NCBI GenBank assembly: GCA_905178155.1
Contig: CAJINV010000001.1
Location: 10,404,240-10,468,239 of the forward strand
Length of the DNA stretch: 64,000 nt
Origin: Amoebophrya sp. A120
Lineage: Eukaryota; Protista; Dinoflagellata
Reading direction: 5' to 3'
A program made the translations under genes and the position numbers. Positions 11,701 to 23,267 of this stretch are shown here, one piece after another; position 1 is the stretch's first letter, and the number at the start of each line of letters is the position of its first letter. The notes under the pieces were generated by a model that did not search any database, was not told where the DNA came from, and saw only the letters and a list, made by a program, of their open reading frames with translations.

Positions 11701-12457
11701 TGAGCTTGGCACGCTGCAGCGGAGGAGAACTAGAGGCTTGACTGCGCAAGGAGAGGCACCGTATTCATCCGCCGACGATGCCAAAACACTTGCAGATGCT
11801 ATATTCGCGGCCGCCGGAACGCCAAGAAACGATGCCTCTCTTACTTTCACGCGCGAGAGCCTCGCCGATGCGATTAGGGCAGCAGCTTCATCGCGAGAAA
11901 CAAAGACGACCGATGGTATGGGTGCTAACTTTAGTTCAGGCCTTTTAGCAGGGAGGAACGCGGCAGCGCTTTCCGCAGACAATGCGGATGCTGCCATGTA
12001 TTCGCACCTGATTGATTCTGAGCAGGATGCTGTGCTACTCCGAGAACTGCTGCACACCATTCGTCGCGTTTGCAAGGAAGAAAACGACCAATATGGAGCA
12101 CGCGGTACTACTATCTCAGGCACAGCTGGCAGCTCTACTGCTGCCGCCGCGACCGTACTATCCAAGTCGCCAGTCGCTCCAGATGACATCAAATCGACAG
12201 CGGCAGCCAGCAGTGAGGCTGGGACAACTAACGGTAAGTCACAAGCAGCGTCGAGCAAAAGCTCCGCTGGTAGTCGCAGTCCTCCGGGGAGGAAAGTTAG
12301 CCCGTCACAATTCGTACATAGCGTCGAGGACAATAAACACGGAACTGGTGCTGCTGCTGCGTCGCGTAGGAATGAAAATGTTAGCCATGAGGATGCAAAC
12401 GCCGAAGATTCGCAGACAGAAGGAGGCGAGTCACCCGACATTAGAAAAAGACGATGA
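8798..12457 (+). CDS. ClpB/Hsp100 D2-like single-AAA+ ATPase with hydrophobic N-terminus and C-terminal TM segments; intronless
   Basis: Motifs YIGQGEA, Walker A FLFLGPSGVGKTELA, Walker B VIYLDEIEKA, ATFILSSNLA and ARPEVRNRIAAIVPFTPF. N-terminus MWLKSSGVVFLVFGFRSTSA (ATG 8798). TM-like IAVAWIFFFSIGFWSAAIAFAVLNYGILPL. Confidence 0.85.
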   Translation: MWLKSSGVVFLVFGFRSTSAENFVHLIAPADVRKDGGLKFRANLPVPDTVEELKQNFRAAHLERHGPPGYDEFDFFSTRLEEVLLSVDQLEDGDELRLFRKRGTQAQLSQAQQASGAASGGTAGAVGTSATGAGAAKGNVPAATPQASKNGRKDAGSDVANTKKDAPSNSTSSPTSLSARVQAPNALSVTLPDASSPFYVSELLYMLTRPQLSDADRDLVLRSLRDAQLSDFQRKQILEDFPVTDSVCQESSDSSFREFATAYVHLNPSARGILLLADCDPTFRESLVRAQFARQWEQYGSLLSAGQDASEGQPDTDQGADAAQSTFFPGYIGQGEAMRMVKPLVLEQMLGRRISDAPLSFLFLGPSGVGKTELARKVAEKIHCPTAVESASGSSHQPHHPNSSPCNIKSLTQSGKFVEFKMGNYRNEEQFTSWIGVPDGVKGSDGKLSEVLMQNPDAVIYLDEIEKAISTAGDLLLAMLDNKGSVQVAKTGQHISTVKATFILSSNLATNDILQVWSYYPRLPYEQKYAKILEKIDPALAQSKMFARPEVRNRIAAIVPFTPFLHNEVRQVILLELQKLRKSYKRSAGWGRPNIVWTEEVVELFADPVRNVHFENAVSKGNLRELIRFLEQSVNRALNTAKDCENPKCDLLQTGPTICRPKASDLFSGASDNYVLDVDPRTKTQIVANSVPVTIREAFVFCELSPPEPTLSEAFFGAAGPDAPSLLENPSKWFSNLFYDAPQKRPAIMRPGKQPLGSASSSSAYHDHRAARQPQRVSTSSSSPSSASSSASGSSSAATSSRYETEMDYAYDRLWTFLFEYQKSFSIAVAWIFFFSIGFWSAAIAFAVLNYGILPLSYLAYTTWRSLPPSVQHVVMAGGRVIGQIGKQAVRRFDISFMLLLFLEYRFGLCRKVFFQLVLPVLRIMFRNFRTHLKNLRSTGADALAIINDGGEVGGGMKRRTEDNTTGIELGTLQRRRTRGLTAQGEAPYSSADDAKTLADAIFAAAGTPRNDASLTFTRESLADAIRAAASSRETKTTDGMGANFSSGLLAGRNAAALSADNADAAMYSHLIDSEQDAVLLRELLHTIRRVCKEENDQYGARGTTISGTAGSSTAAAATVLSKSPVAPDDIKSTAAASSEAGTTNGKSQAASSKSSAGSRSPPGRKVSPSQFVHSVEDNKHGTGAAAASRRNENVSHEDANAEDSQTEGGESPDIRKRR

Positions 12458-14012
12458 CACAGTTGTATTCATTGGAAGATGATGAACTCGTGCGTGACCA
12501 CGCATAATATTTGACCGCATTGAATAGATGTACCTGCCACTGCGCATTCCATGAATTTCTAGAGACAATCGAAAAGCGACAACATTCAACATCAGACTAA
12601 CAACAAGCTGGCTTCGTGTTCTAGTACCGTCCTTACTTGCCATTCTTGGCGAAGACATGATCTCATAAACCTATGCATACACTGTACACCCACGATGGCA
12701 GAATGACAACTTCATCTCTAGCTCTAATGCTACTGCATGGTTGGAATCGGATAAGATAAGAATATAAACGGTAGAACAAGTTACAAGAAGATGAAGAACT
12801 GCGTTTAGGTTGTTACTACTACATAAGAAAAGATGCATCCTCTTATAGTACTGTGAATCCGATTTCCTTTGATGTGTGATACCGCAAAAGCTGTTCGACA
12901 CCTTCCGAAAAGCAAACCACTTGCCAGTCCGACAAGACAAGGTAGATCCACTGACTTGTTGCGTTTCAAGTCTCTCCGTAACTAAGTGCTTACATACTAG
13001 CCTAGCACTAAAACTTAGCTTGATGAATAGGGCTACTTATGGGCTTTATATCACACGTGTCTTCTAGGTAGTTTTAGAAAGAAGCTACTAGCGAACGAAA
13101 TATTTTTCATGTAAACGCTTGTCCGATAGACTCTGCCCTGCGCGAGATTTTGCGGTCCGGCCATTTTGAGGATTTCTAAATCCTATCAATCAACTTCTTT
13201 CGAGCATTCATTCTTGTAGTTGAGACCTGTTTCACACGAAAAAACAAGTTGAAGTAACGCCAAGCATAAGTACGAAAAAAGGTCACGTCTGCTGAAATCC
13301 ATAGTAAAAGCAGTCAACAACCTCCTTTGAAGGTTTTTTAATACTGTTTGTATCATTTTTGCCCGCTGATTTTCCTCCGCGAGAGCGACGGCGTCCGATT
13401 CATTGAAAAAATCTTGTAAAAATTTTCCACAACTTCTAGGTTGTTAGCCGATTGTAAGATCTAGGGACGAAATCGATGGAATCTTAGCGGAGAAAGAATC
13501 TTTTCGCACTCCGGAAAAGTCATCAAAGTCGAAGACCGCCGCAAGGAGAAGATAATTCATTGGTGTTGGAAGAACGAAATAAAACACAAATCTACCTCCT
13601 CGGAAAGTCATATCGTGAGCAAGTAGTACTACGTCGAAGAAGCAAAAAGACAAGGGCATCACAAGGTCGGAAGTGAAGGACGTCACTTCGATAAACGTCA
13701 ACAGACAAATCAATACACTGTGGAGCTGCGACATCAGGTACCGAACCGAGCCAGGAAGTAAAGACAAGGACAGAAAGTGTGTCCTCTCGGACAGAGATTG
13801 AACCGAGGGAATTATCTCCACCTGAAGTTTACCATTCTATGAAGACAGATGAGAACAAGAGGAACAGCAACGGAACCAGAAAAGCAAGACGAAGAGGACC
13901 AAAAACGAAAATAAAGAAAACTGCGGAACGGGAACTGCAGCCCCGCTAACGACAGCTGCAACAGAAACTTTGGTAGCCGTGCCCGTGCGTTGCGAAGAAT
14001 AAATCTGCGAAA

Positions 14013-17000
14013 ATGACCGACGCAGTTACGGCCGCCAATGTTGATCCACAGGATCAAAAGCCTAAGCCTCCCACTTGGGAGCAGAGCACAGCCGCGCAAG
14101 GAGGTATGTTGGAATTTTTCCCGTCAGTTGCACGATGAATGATGAAATTCAAGATCCATGTCTTCTACTTTTTATCTGCTGATTGGTTTTCGCTGGGAAA
14201 CTGCGTTTCAGTTTCGCTTGCTGTGTATGTGCGTTGGGACTTTCGAGTTGATGGAGAACCGGAGATCATACATTAATGTCGCGCCAATTCCTCACTTTTC
14301 AGTTTCGGTCGTGGAGAGCCGGGTGCGCGATGCATTGGTGGGGTGCGAGTTTCATGACGCCCGCGGGAATCCTATCAAAGCGCTGGAGGTGCGGGCATTT
14401 GGGAGCTGCCTCAACGGTTTCGGGACTGCCACCTCCGATGTGGATGTCACGTATTAACTCAACAGAGCTTTTTGTTTTTCTTTTGCTGTTCGTCTGCATG
14501 AGGAGGGACATGCTGTGTTCAGCAGATAGCGTTTATGATTAAGAAGTTCCGACGATGCCCACACCGGCAATGGTGGATGTTAGCATGGCCATCTCCTTTC
14601 TCTTTTCAAAGTGATATCTTCCCATGATTCAGGCTCCTTACCCCGGAGGGTACCAGCGCGAACCCGTCGACCATCTTGAAAGTGGCGGCCATGGCCTGCA
14701 CCGAGGCGGGCTTTCAGAACGTGACCCGGATTCTCTGCGCCCAGGTTCCCGTACTGAAACTGACCGACCCTTCCACGGGGCTGGAGGTCGATTTGTGCGT
14801 CAATAACCGCCTGGGGCTGCGCAACACGGAACTGCTGAAGGCGTACGTTGCCTTGGACCCGCGAGTGGCGCAACTGGGGAAAATTATCAAAAATTGGGCC
14901 AAGTGGAAAGAAATTGTTGGTAAGAAGACGCTTCGTATTTATTTTCCCAGATTGGACCGCTACCGCGATGAGGGATTGAGGTGCCACCTGTAGTTTTGGT
15001 ATGCGAAACCTTGTCAGTGCATCAAAACCCGCTATTTCCTAGGTACATGCGACGGATATTTAAATTCTTACGCGTACATCCTGATGGTGCTCTACTTCTT
15101 GCAACGCAAGCAGATTTTGCCGAATCTCCAGGAGCTTGCGAAACAATTTAACGATCCGTCCGTTCGGGTCTCCGGGGACGGCATCGGGGAAGCATGGTAC
15201 TTGTAATGTAATTATGATCATGTGTGCTCCTACTATCTTCGTGATGAGAGCCTGCCCAACGCACAGATTTAGTATCGCGTAGAAGCCGCAGTTGTACAAG
15301 TAGACTCAGATTATTGAGTCTGGTTTGAAGATCTGCAAAGATGTAAGTAAGTACGTAATCCACCGCAGGGAAACGTGTTTTCACGACGGTTCGCAATGGT
15401 CTTCCCCGGCGAAGCCAACAGCGGATACTGCGAATGGCGATCTCTACAATTTGGCTATGGAGTTTTTCAACTTCTACAAGAGCTTCGATTGGAAGGTACA
15501 ACTTATATTTTTTTTGCTTTTCCCCGACCCCGTAGATAGTTGTTTTTTATTTGGCGATTGAAACGAAGTGGAAGTCGTGTAGTGATGATGAAATATGAAT
15601 TGCCTGTGCAAAGACGAAAAAATGAACCCTCAACACTTTTTCAGACCAAAGCGGTGGCGATCAACGCCGGCCCACAAGACGTGGAGAAAGACCGTCTCTT
15701 CGAGCGCAAGTCGTTCCAAAGCACGGCTCAGACGGTTTCGTACCTGCACACCCCGCCGAAGGATGGTGCTGTTGACGCCAACGGCTCAAGTAAAACGACG
15801 AGTCCCGGACTGAAAGTTGTCAACGCGACCACGTCTCCACCAAGCAGTGATCACGAAGGCGCGTCTGGCGACAGTGGCGCGGGTTCGCCCGCGCCTCGAA
15901 GCAGGGACACCTCCACTAGCCAGTCCGGAACGCCACCGCCCCCGCCGAGCGGAAATAGCAACGCAACTGAGCTCCTGCAGGTGGACCAGTGTAACGAGCA
16001 CTGGTGGATTCAAGACCCGTTCGACCTGTACCACAACCTGGCCGGGAAATGCACCGCGCGTGCGAAGAAGCACGTTATTCAGTGCATGAGCGATACCGTC
16101 GCGCTGATGCAGGCCCGAAGAGTTCACCCGCCGAGCAAGTCGCTGGAGGCGCTGCCGTGGTTGAATATGGATCCACTGGACGACAGCTACAAGTACTTCT
16201 TTTTGAACCTTTTTCTTCATGTTCATCTGCAAGTAATAGTGAATTTTTCTCGGCGATGTCATGCAGCTAGTACCTACAACTCTATGAATATTACTCGAAC
16301 AAGTCAATCCTCCATCCCAGAGCGCGTGATGAAGAAAAAAAATCTTCATCCTGAACAGGACAACTTACCTCCGGTTTCGGATTTCGGCCGATGCTAATGT
16401 GACAGAGCAGCAGATCATGGGCCGCTTCTTGCGGTACCACGTGCAGAATGTCTATGTTTTGGAGCCTCCGGACCGTCCCAGGAGCCGCGACGTGATCATG
16501 TCCTTTGTTGGCCAGGCGACGCGTCGGGCCGCCCATGCGGAGAACGAAAACCACATTGGTAAAAAGATCAAAAATGTTAATTTTTCGTTTGCGACACGAC
16601 CTGGTCGTGGTACTAAGGGTAACGCCCACGCATCGCAGCGACATATTAGAAGTGGAAGTCAGTGCTCAAAAAAAAATATAAAATGTGCCAATGAGAATGG
16701 AGCAGCTCAAGCTACAACTACTATTTCTATGACCACGAACTCCAACTTTTTCTCAGGCGACTGGCAACTGCAGATGTCTCGCACGACGGAAGCTTTTTAT
16801 CGGGACCTCGCACAGAAGGCCTTAAAGCACACCAAAATCGTGAACCCCCTGATCGAAGCGGCCAAAACCTCCGGACGCCAGCTTGTCTGCACTCCGCCAA
16901 CTGCGGCCGTGGTTCCTGGAGCAATGAGTATCATAAAATTTAAAGTTTTTGAGCAAGCTCTGTCAACACGTTAGTATGCTCTCCATTCATGTTCTTTTTT

Positions 17001-20000
17001 CTCTACTATCCGATGACACTGAGTGGTGAACAAGAATATGAAAGCAACTAGCTACATGTGTTCACACAAAATTTTTGCAGATGTTCCGGGTCTGAACGTT
17101 CATCCAGAGAACCAGCGCCTCCATCTTCAGCTACAGTGGGGCCAGGACGGCGGAGCGAGGACCACTGCCCCGCAGAGCGAGCGCTCGACACTGCCCTCAC
17201 TTGTTGACGAGTTCGCGGATGGTGCCGCGACGGCTGCCGGGAACGGCGCGGGAAGCAGCACCACTAAGCCGTTCAACGGCGCACCGGGCTTGGCCACGCC
17301 AAAAGGAAAGTCCGAAGAGAAGTTGAAGGCCGACGCGCAGCCGTTTGTGCCGCAAAATCTGAAGATGCAAACAGGCTTGAACCCGGGCGCCGCGGCGTTT
17401 GTCCCCTGCAGTCCGACAAATTTACGAGACAAAAAGATCGCAGGAGGAGTCGGTCCTATTGCAAGTGCTTCCACGTCTGCTTCCTCATCGGCAGACATCT
17501 CTGATGTCACTGGTACAACTGGAGGGGCACAACACAGCAGTTCGTGCACTACCAGCGACGTTGGAACTACAGGCAGTACTGTATCCTGAGTAAAAAGGTA
17601 CCCACACCATAGTCAAGATGGGAAATCGGCTAGACAAATCCACAAGTTTTGGCTGTTTTGCATGACAAATTTGGATTCGTAGTGTAGTGCTGTTTGAGCT
17701 AGCTCAGCAGCATCACAGATCTAGCATACCATGCTGATTGGAGCATGACAAATTGCAAAACACGACTAGAAAATGCTTCTCATGGGGCTCCGCATGAGAA
17801 ACATTTTCAGCATGCAGATTTGCATTACAACTCTGGTGTGGGTACGTTTTTACTCAGGATATACTGCCGATGCTGCGGCGAGTTGGACCAGCGATACGAC
17901 AGGCTCTCCCGTTATCAAATGTACTTAAAAATGTCTGGTTCTGGAAGAATGCATGTTTGTCATGCTTGTCTGGCATAACTCTGAAATCTGTCATGCACGC
18001 CACCCAAGAGCTCCACTTTTCTGTGATGCAGAAACGCAGTCTGTCATGCAGAATAGGCAACACCTAGAAGCTCAGAAACTTGTCATGCTGAGCCAGCATT
18101 TGTGGCCTCATCATGGGACGCCAGCCAGCATCACAAGTTTCCAGACCCAGACATTTTTACATTTGATACCCGTTTTCGAAAACAGTGCTGCTCTATCCGG
18201 CGCGAGCGGAGGTTCGCCGGCGGTAGAAAGAGGTGCAGCAGTTGCAGCTAGTACCAAAAATGCCGACACCAGCGCGCCTTCCGGGGCGAACAAGGCCATA
18301 ATTGCCGCTGTTGGTGCGGGAGGACCAAATCAAAAAACCGTCGCCCCACCCCCCGGGCTGCATTTGGACCATCACCAGGCGGCGCCCTCGATTACTAGCG
18401 AAGCAACGCACGCAGCTGGTGCAACAAGGACGACCTCTGTGCACACAAACTCCTCTACGTCAGGTGGGACTGCACATAACATGCCTAGTATATCGGCCAA
18501 TACCGAGTCCGCAGGACAGCAGCATCATCATGCTTCGCATAATGCGTCCGGCGCTGCTGCCGCGGCCGCCGCGAACGGGGCCGCAAGCGGTGGAGCTGCC
18601 TTGGCTGCCCAACATCAGGGGTATCACCACCACCAGCAAGGTCTCGCACATCACCAGCTTAACCAACAGAATGCTCAACACCTCAGTGCACAAGCACAGC
18701 AGCAGTTGCACTTGCAGCATCAGTTCGGCGCTGCAGCGGCTCACCAGGCCATGCTTATTGAGCGCGCGGCGGCCGCCAACGCTGCCGCCGGCGGTCCGGC
18801 AGCGATGGTGCAGCAGCACGTCGCGCAGGCGCACCACCACCACGCTCGCATGGCCGCACTGATGGCGGCTGCCCAGGTGCAGCAGCAGCAGCAGCAGCAG
18901 CAGCACGGTGGGTACCGTCAGCATAATCCGCACCACGCCGCAGCCGCACACCACCAGCATGGCGGCCATCACGCGCACCACCATCACCTTCCCGCCGCAG
19001 CGGCGAATCAGCTGTCTCTTTGGCACCAGTTGCAACAGCAGGCCATGGCGGGCAACGCGGGGAACGTAGCAGCCGCTTTGCATTTGAATGCACACCAGGC
19101 GCAGCAGCAGAGTAAAACGGTCACCACGCAGCAGCAGCACCTGGAGGTGTTACAGAAAATGTTGATCGAAAAAGACGCCGTGGTTCAAGAGCTGTTGCAG
19201 AAGAACCGCGCACTGGAGGCCGAATTGGCAGAGATTCGCCTGCAAGGGGGGCCACCAGCGGCTGCAGCTCCGGGTGGAAATGGAGCGAGTACAACAACTT
19301 CTGCAAGTGCAACCACGACCTCCGCGCGAGGCCCGCGACTCTCGGTGACAGATTTGGTCTTACCGCCCTCCAGTAATGGAAACGCTCCCCCGCTGTCTCC
19401 CGCGACCACACTGATCAATGGCGGAGCGAACAAGGTGGGTGGTGGCGCTGTTGCGTGTGCGGCTGTGGGCGAGGGAGCTGGTGCAAATGGCACGACTACA
19501 ACAGGAGGTGTAACTGCCACAACTTTTTCATCTAGTGCTCGCCGGCCTGCGCTAGCGGGTTTCCTGTAGTAGTGTAAAGAATTGCCAACAGTTTGAAATC
19601 TGTGCGAAGATTTGGTGTGCAGTCAACATCTGTATCGATACCGGTATCGATCTATAAGGAGTTACAGTTGCAGCTAGCAGAGTACTTGTTCTAGCGTATA
19701 CAAGACTAGACTTTGGTGCTCACAAGAGCTGCACGGGCCGCTCGCCCAGAAAACAATAGTCCTCGTCGCGCGGTGGGTCCTACTAGCTGCAATGAATCTA
19801 CTGGTGTAGTTGTCGTGTCGTGTAGGAATGCGACTGCACGAGTAGTCAAGACAACAGTACTTTGCACTTTCCGTGGGAACAACAAGTCCGAAGATTCTGA
19901 TTCCTATCATGTTCAGGAACAGTCCCCGCAGGACCAGCTGGCGGACAGCAGCAGCAGCAGCACGAGTTTCAACCGCCACCGCCTCCCCGGGTCCCCGCAG

Positions 20001-20167
20001 ACAACATCAAGCGAGCGCCGCTTCCGCCTCCAGTGCCAGCTCTCTACTCGCTTTTTGACTCGGTGGATCCAGGAACGGGATCTGGCAGCGCCGCAGGGTC
20101 GTCGGCACCTACTCCGGGCCTCTTCCGGCAGGCAACCAACAGCTCCCCGTTAATGCAGCCGGTATAG
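14013..20167 (+). CDS. Cid1/TUT-family terminal nucleotidyltransferase 1 (NTase + PAP-associated + RRM-like + PAM2-like motifs + Q/H/A-rich tail), multi-exon
   Basis: AFGSCLNGFGTATSDVDV (GS...DxD), VPVLKLTD...EVDLCVNN, IKNWAK, GYLNSYAYILMVLYFLQ..ILPNLQE, WIQDPFDLYHNLA. The frame continues into the 17953-19569 low-complexity ORF once the two MITEs are removed. Predicted last exon 19917-20167. The C-terminal extent is less certain than the catalytic part. Confidence 0.85.
17582..17861. mobile_element. MITE/introner family B (280 bp), TIR TATCCTGAGTAAAAAGGTACCCACACCA, TSD TACTG
   Basis: The left end tatcctgagtaaaaaggtacccacacca pairs with the right end tggtgtgggtacgtttttactcaggata (1 mismatch). 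TACTG lies at 17577-17581 and 17862-17866. Confidence 0.9.
17913..18168. mobile_element. MITE/introner family A copy 1 (256 bp), TSD CCCGT
   Basis: Ends tatcaaatgtacttaaaaatgtctggttctggaa ... ttccagacccagacatttttacatttgata. CCCGT lies at 17908-17912 and 18169-18173. Confidence 0.92.
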
Positions 20168-22990
20168 TACAGTTCCAGTTGTAATAAGGAAGAGCTTCAT
20201 TCGATTGCCTGCATGATTTGCTTTTATTCACGTGTAGCATTTGTTTGCGTCAAAAACAAAAAGTAAAATTCCCTGAAACTTGACTTTTGTTCACGCACGT
20301 GCACGCATGGGATTGTCCTTGTTGAGAGAAAGATGAAGACCATCAAGCATCCAATTCCAAAACAACTAAAACACAGAACAACGCGGGTGGCGCTGCAGCA
20401 CTTCATGGGCAGCATGCTCGACCGCAAGTCGCGGCTCCGATGCCTCCGGCGGCTGCTTACCAAATGTACTACTGAACCGCTCGAGAACTACTTTCATACT
20501 TCAGAACCTATCGATATTCAGTTGACAATTAAAGGGACAGCGTTGCTGGAAATTCATTGTCGCGAAGCGAGCGGTTATCAACATACATCTCTTGACGACA
20601 ACAGCCGCGTTTTTGTTTCTGAGACAGGGTGACGTTTCTATGGGTTGGCTTTCACTTCCAGTTCCAGCGAAGATAAAAACAGTATATACGATTCGAACAC
20701 AGTTTCTCGGGCCAAGTTTGTTTTATTTAGTATGTAGGATATTGCACTTCCACATTTTTGTGTTTTGAACTCTAGAGTAAAGCCGAGCGACTAGAGACGA
20801 GCGGACGCGAACTAGTTCGTTGCCAGCTCCTCCTAGATGGAAAGTATAGCTGTACCAAATAGCTTTGAGTCGAACAAGTCAAAAACTATGTACTCGCAAG
20901 AATACTTCAAGTTGTGAAATGAATATCCAAAGTTCTACAGTTCCGTCGTATATATTTTGTTTCTACTCTCGCTCGGCTCCGGCTCTGCGCCGTCTCTTGC
21001 CCCGAAATACAAATATCCTAGCTGGCTGTTGAAAAAAAGTCAGTTGAGACCCACAACAACATCTGTTGTGTCTCATCTGATTGCGCACAACACCAGCGAG
21101 AGCAGCACGGTCGCTAAGTACAACCCATGATGAAATTTACAGAAGTACATACAAGTAGGCGAACAATTTAGAAGCAGTGCGGATAGGTAGGAGTCTGGCA
21201 CTAGTCCTGCTCAGCGGGTAAAATTGAGCAATTTAGTAAAGAGAAAGGAAAATAACCAAAACGCTGCGCACCGAAACCCTGAGTTTGCTCTTCATCTCGA
21301 TAGCGCCGGGCTCTGTGTCGCACTGGAGCGAGAGGGACAACAACTCGGCGAAAGATGCCAGGCTTCATTTTCCTGAGGATGATTGATGTGATTCGTTCCG
21401 ACAAACCACCGACCACTCCAAAATAATATTCTATCGTTTCTAACTGAATATCTTGCAGTCGTCTGCGACTATTTTTAGTACAACAAGTAGTGCCAGCGCA
21501 AACACCTAAATCGAGCGAAAAACGATTACATTTTTGCAAGACTAGCTTCGATTTTCAGGCAGAGCCTCGACACCACCACAGCAATCGGCAACTACAAGAA
21601 AAGATAAAGCAAATTCAAGGAGGAATGCGAATGCTTTACTAGATGACACCTTAGGTCTTTATGTTCAAGAATATTACCGAATCTCGTCCTATTTCGCTGT
21701 TAATATTTCTGAAAAGTGAATGAATTTAATACATTCTTCTACCACCACAACTCAGCCAGTCGCTCTTCATAATTAATACGTAGCTAAAAACTACAGATTT
21801 ACTGCTTAAACAATCAGGTTCTCGTTGATGCAGTTTTTCTGTAATGAGTTGAAAATATTTTTCTCTACTAGTTTCTGTTTCATTCTATCTATTGCCATTT
21901 GAACAAAATTATACTCCTTATGAAGAATTGTGCGGACGAAGATGTAGAAGTTCAGTTGAGTTGAACAAGACAAAGATGTCATCGCAAAGAAGTGCTGTCG
22001 GCACCTCTGAAACGATCAAAATAACCAATCCCACAGAAGTACCATCTTCAGCGGAGAGCAATGATTTTATGCGAATAAAACTTCATCTCAAAGGAACACG
22101 CGTGGCCTTCCTGCGGCGTGGCCGCGCATGTGCCAAAGATAGAACACTAAGACTTCGCATAATAGTTGCTCGCTGAAGCTGCTGCGACCGAAAAAATATG
22201 GGTTTCTGCAGTTGTACAGTATTTATAGAGGGCCTGACTTCGGATATTTTTCAAAATATTCACTTTTTCCCGATTCAAAAAGTTAATTTTGAGGTTTTAG
22301 TTCTTGACCCAAAACCTTCTGCGGTAGTTGACGTAGTTGTAACCAATAAAGTACTCTGATTGCTGCAATTGGAGGCGGGAGCAGCTTCAGAGACAGAAGT
22401 AGGGACGACGTACGGAAATGCAGGGAATAAATCCCGACCAATCCGGGGCTGCTCAGCAAGTGAGGAGCGACTTTTTCTTTACAAGAACAGCTGCAGAGCA
22501 CATGACAGACAACCTACATTGGGACGATACATCGAGCAAAAGGCGCTCCCGTATTAAGTAGAGCACGAATAAAGTACAACTGCTGAGATTACCGTAGTTT
22601 GGGACGACGAAGATGCTGGGTCTTCACCTATTGCTAGACAACTACTCTTACCGCATTTCAGTCTTTGTACTTCACACTTACAGCTAATCAATTTGTCTGG
22701 TTGATGTCACTACTTCTCTTCCTTGTAAAGGTATGGCTGCAAGTAGGACTGCATGATGAGACGTAACCACCGCGCTTATGGGTACTTAACTGTTTCGGTA
22801 AAAATGTTGTTTGCAACTACTCATTGTCTGTTCATAGTCCACATAGAATATACAGAAAATTCGCTTGATGAAAATTCTAACACCAGAACTTGTATCACAG
22901 CATTTTCTTGCTGTGATATGGTACTACTTCAACATCTAGACACACGTCCTAAAAATGCCCCTATTTATACAATTGTTGAATTCATTGTTT

Positions 22991-23267
22991 TATCAAATGC
23001 AAAAATGTCTGGGTCTGGAAGGATGCAAGATTTGCCATGCACATTTTGCATGACTCCTGATGTCTGCGACGCATGCCCTAGCATCACAGATCTTGTGAGG
23101 GCTTTCTGATGCCTATAACGCATGAGAAATGCCCTCTCGCCGTGGCCATCAAAGCCAGACCTCTTTTGCTGTTCATGCAATACAGATTTTTGGAATTGGA
23201 TAATGCAGACGCAGTCGCAGCATCACAAGTTGCATTCTTCCAGACCCAGACATTTTTACATTTGATA
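22991..23267. mobile_element. MITE family A copy 2 (277 bp), intergenic, TSD TGTTT
   Basis: Ends tatcaaatgcaaaaatgtctgggtctggaaggatgcaa ... ttgcattcttccagacccagacatttttacatttgata. TGTTT lies at 22986-22990 and 23268-23272. Confidence 0.93.

Noticed and set aside
11368-12441. Long minus-strand ORFs (also 29471-30430 and 61794-62537)
   Set aside because: Antisense shadows of GC-rich plus-strand coding sequence, with no motifs.
17953-19569. Stand-alone 538-aa Q/H/A-rich gene
   Set aside because: Its start lies inside a MITE. It is better explained as a downstream exon of TUTase 1.
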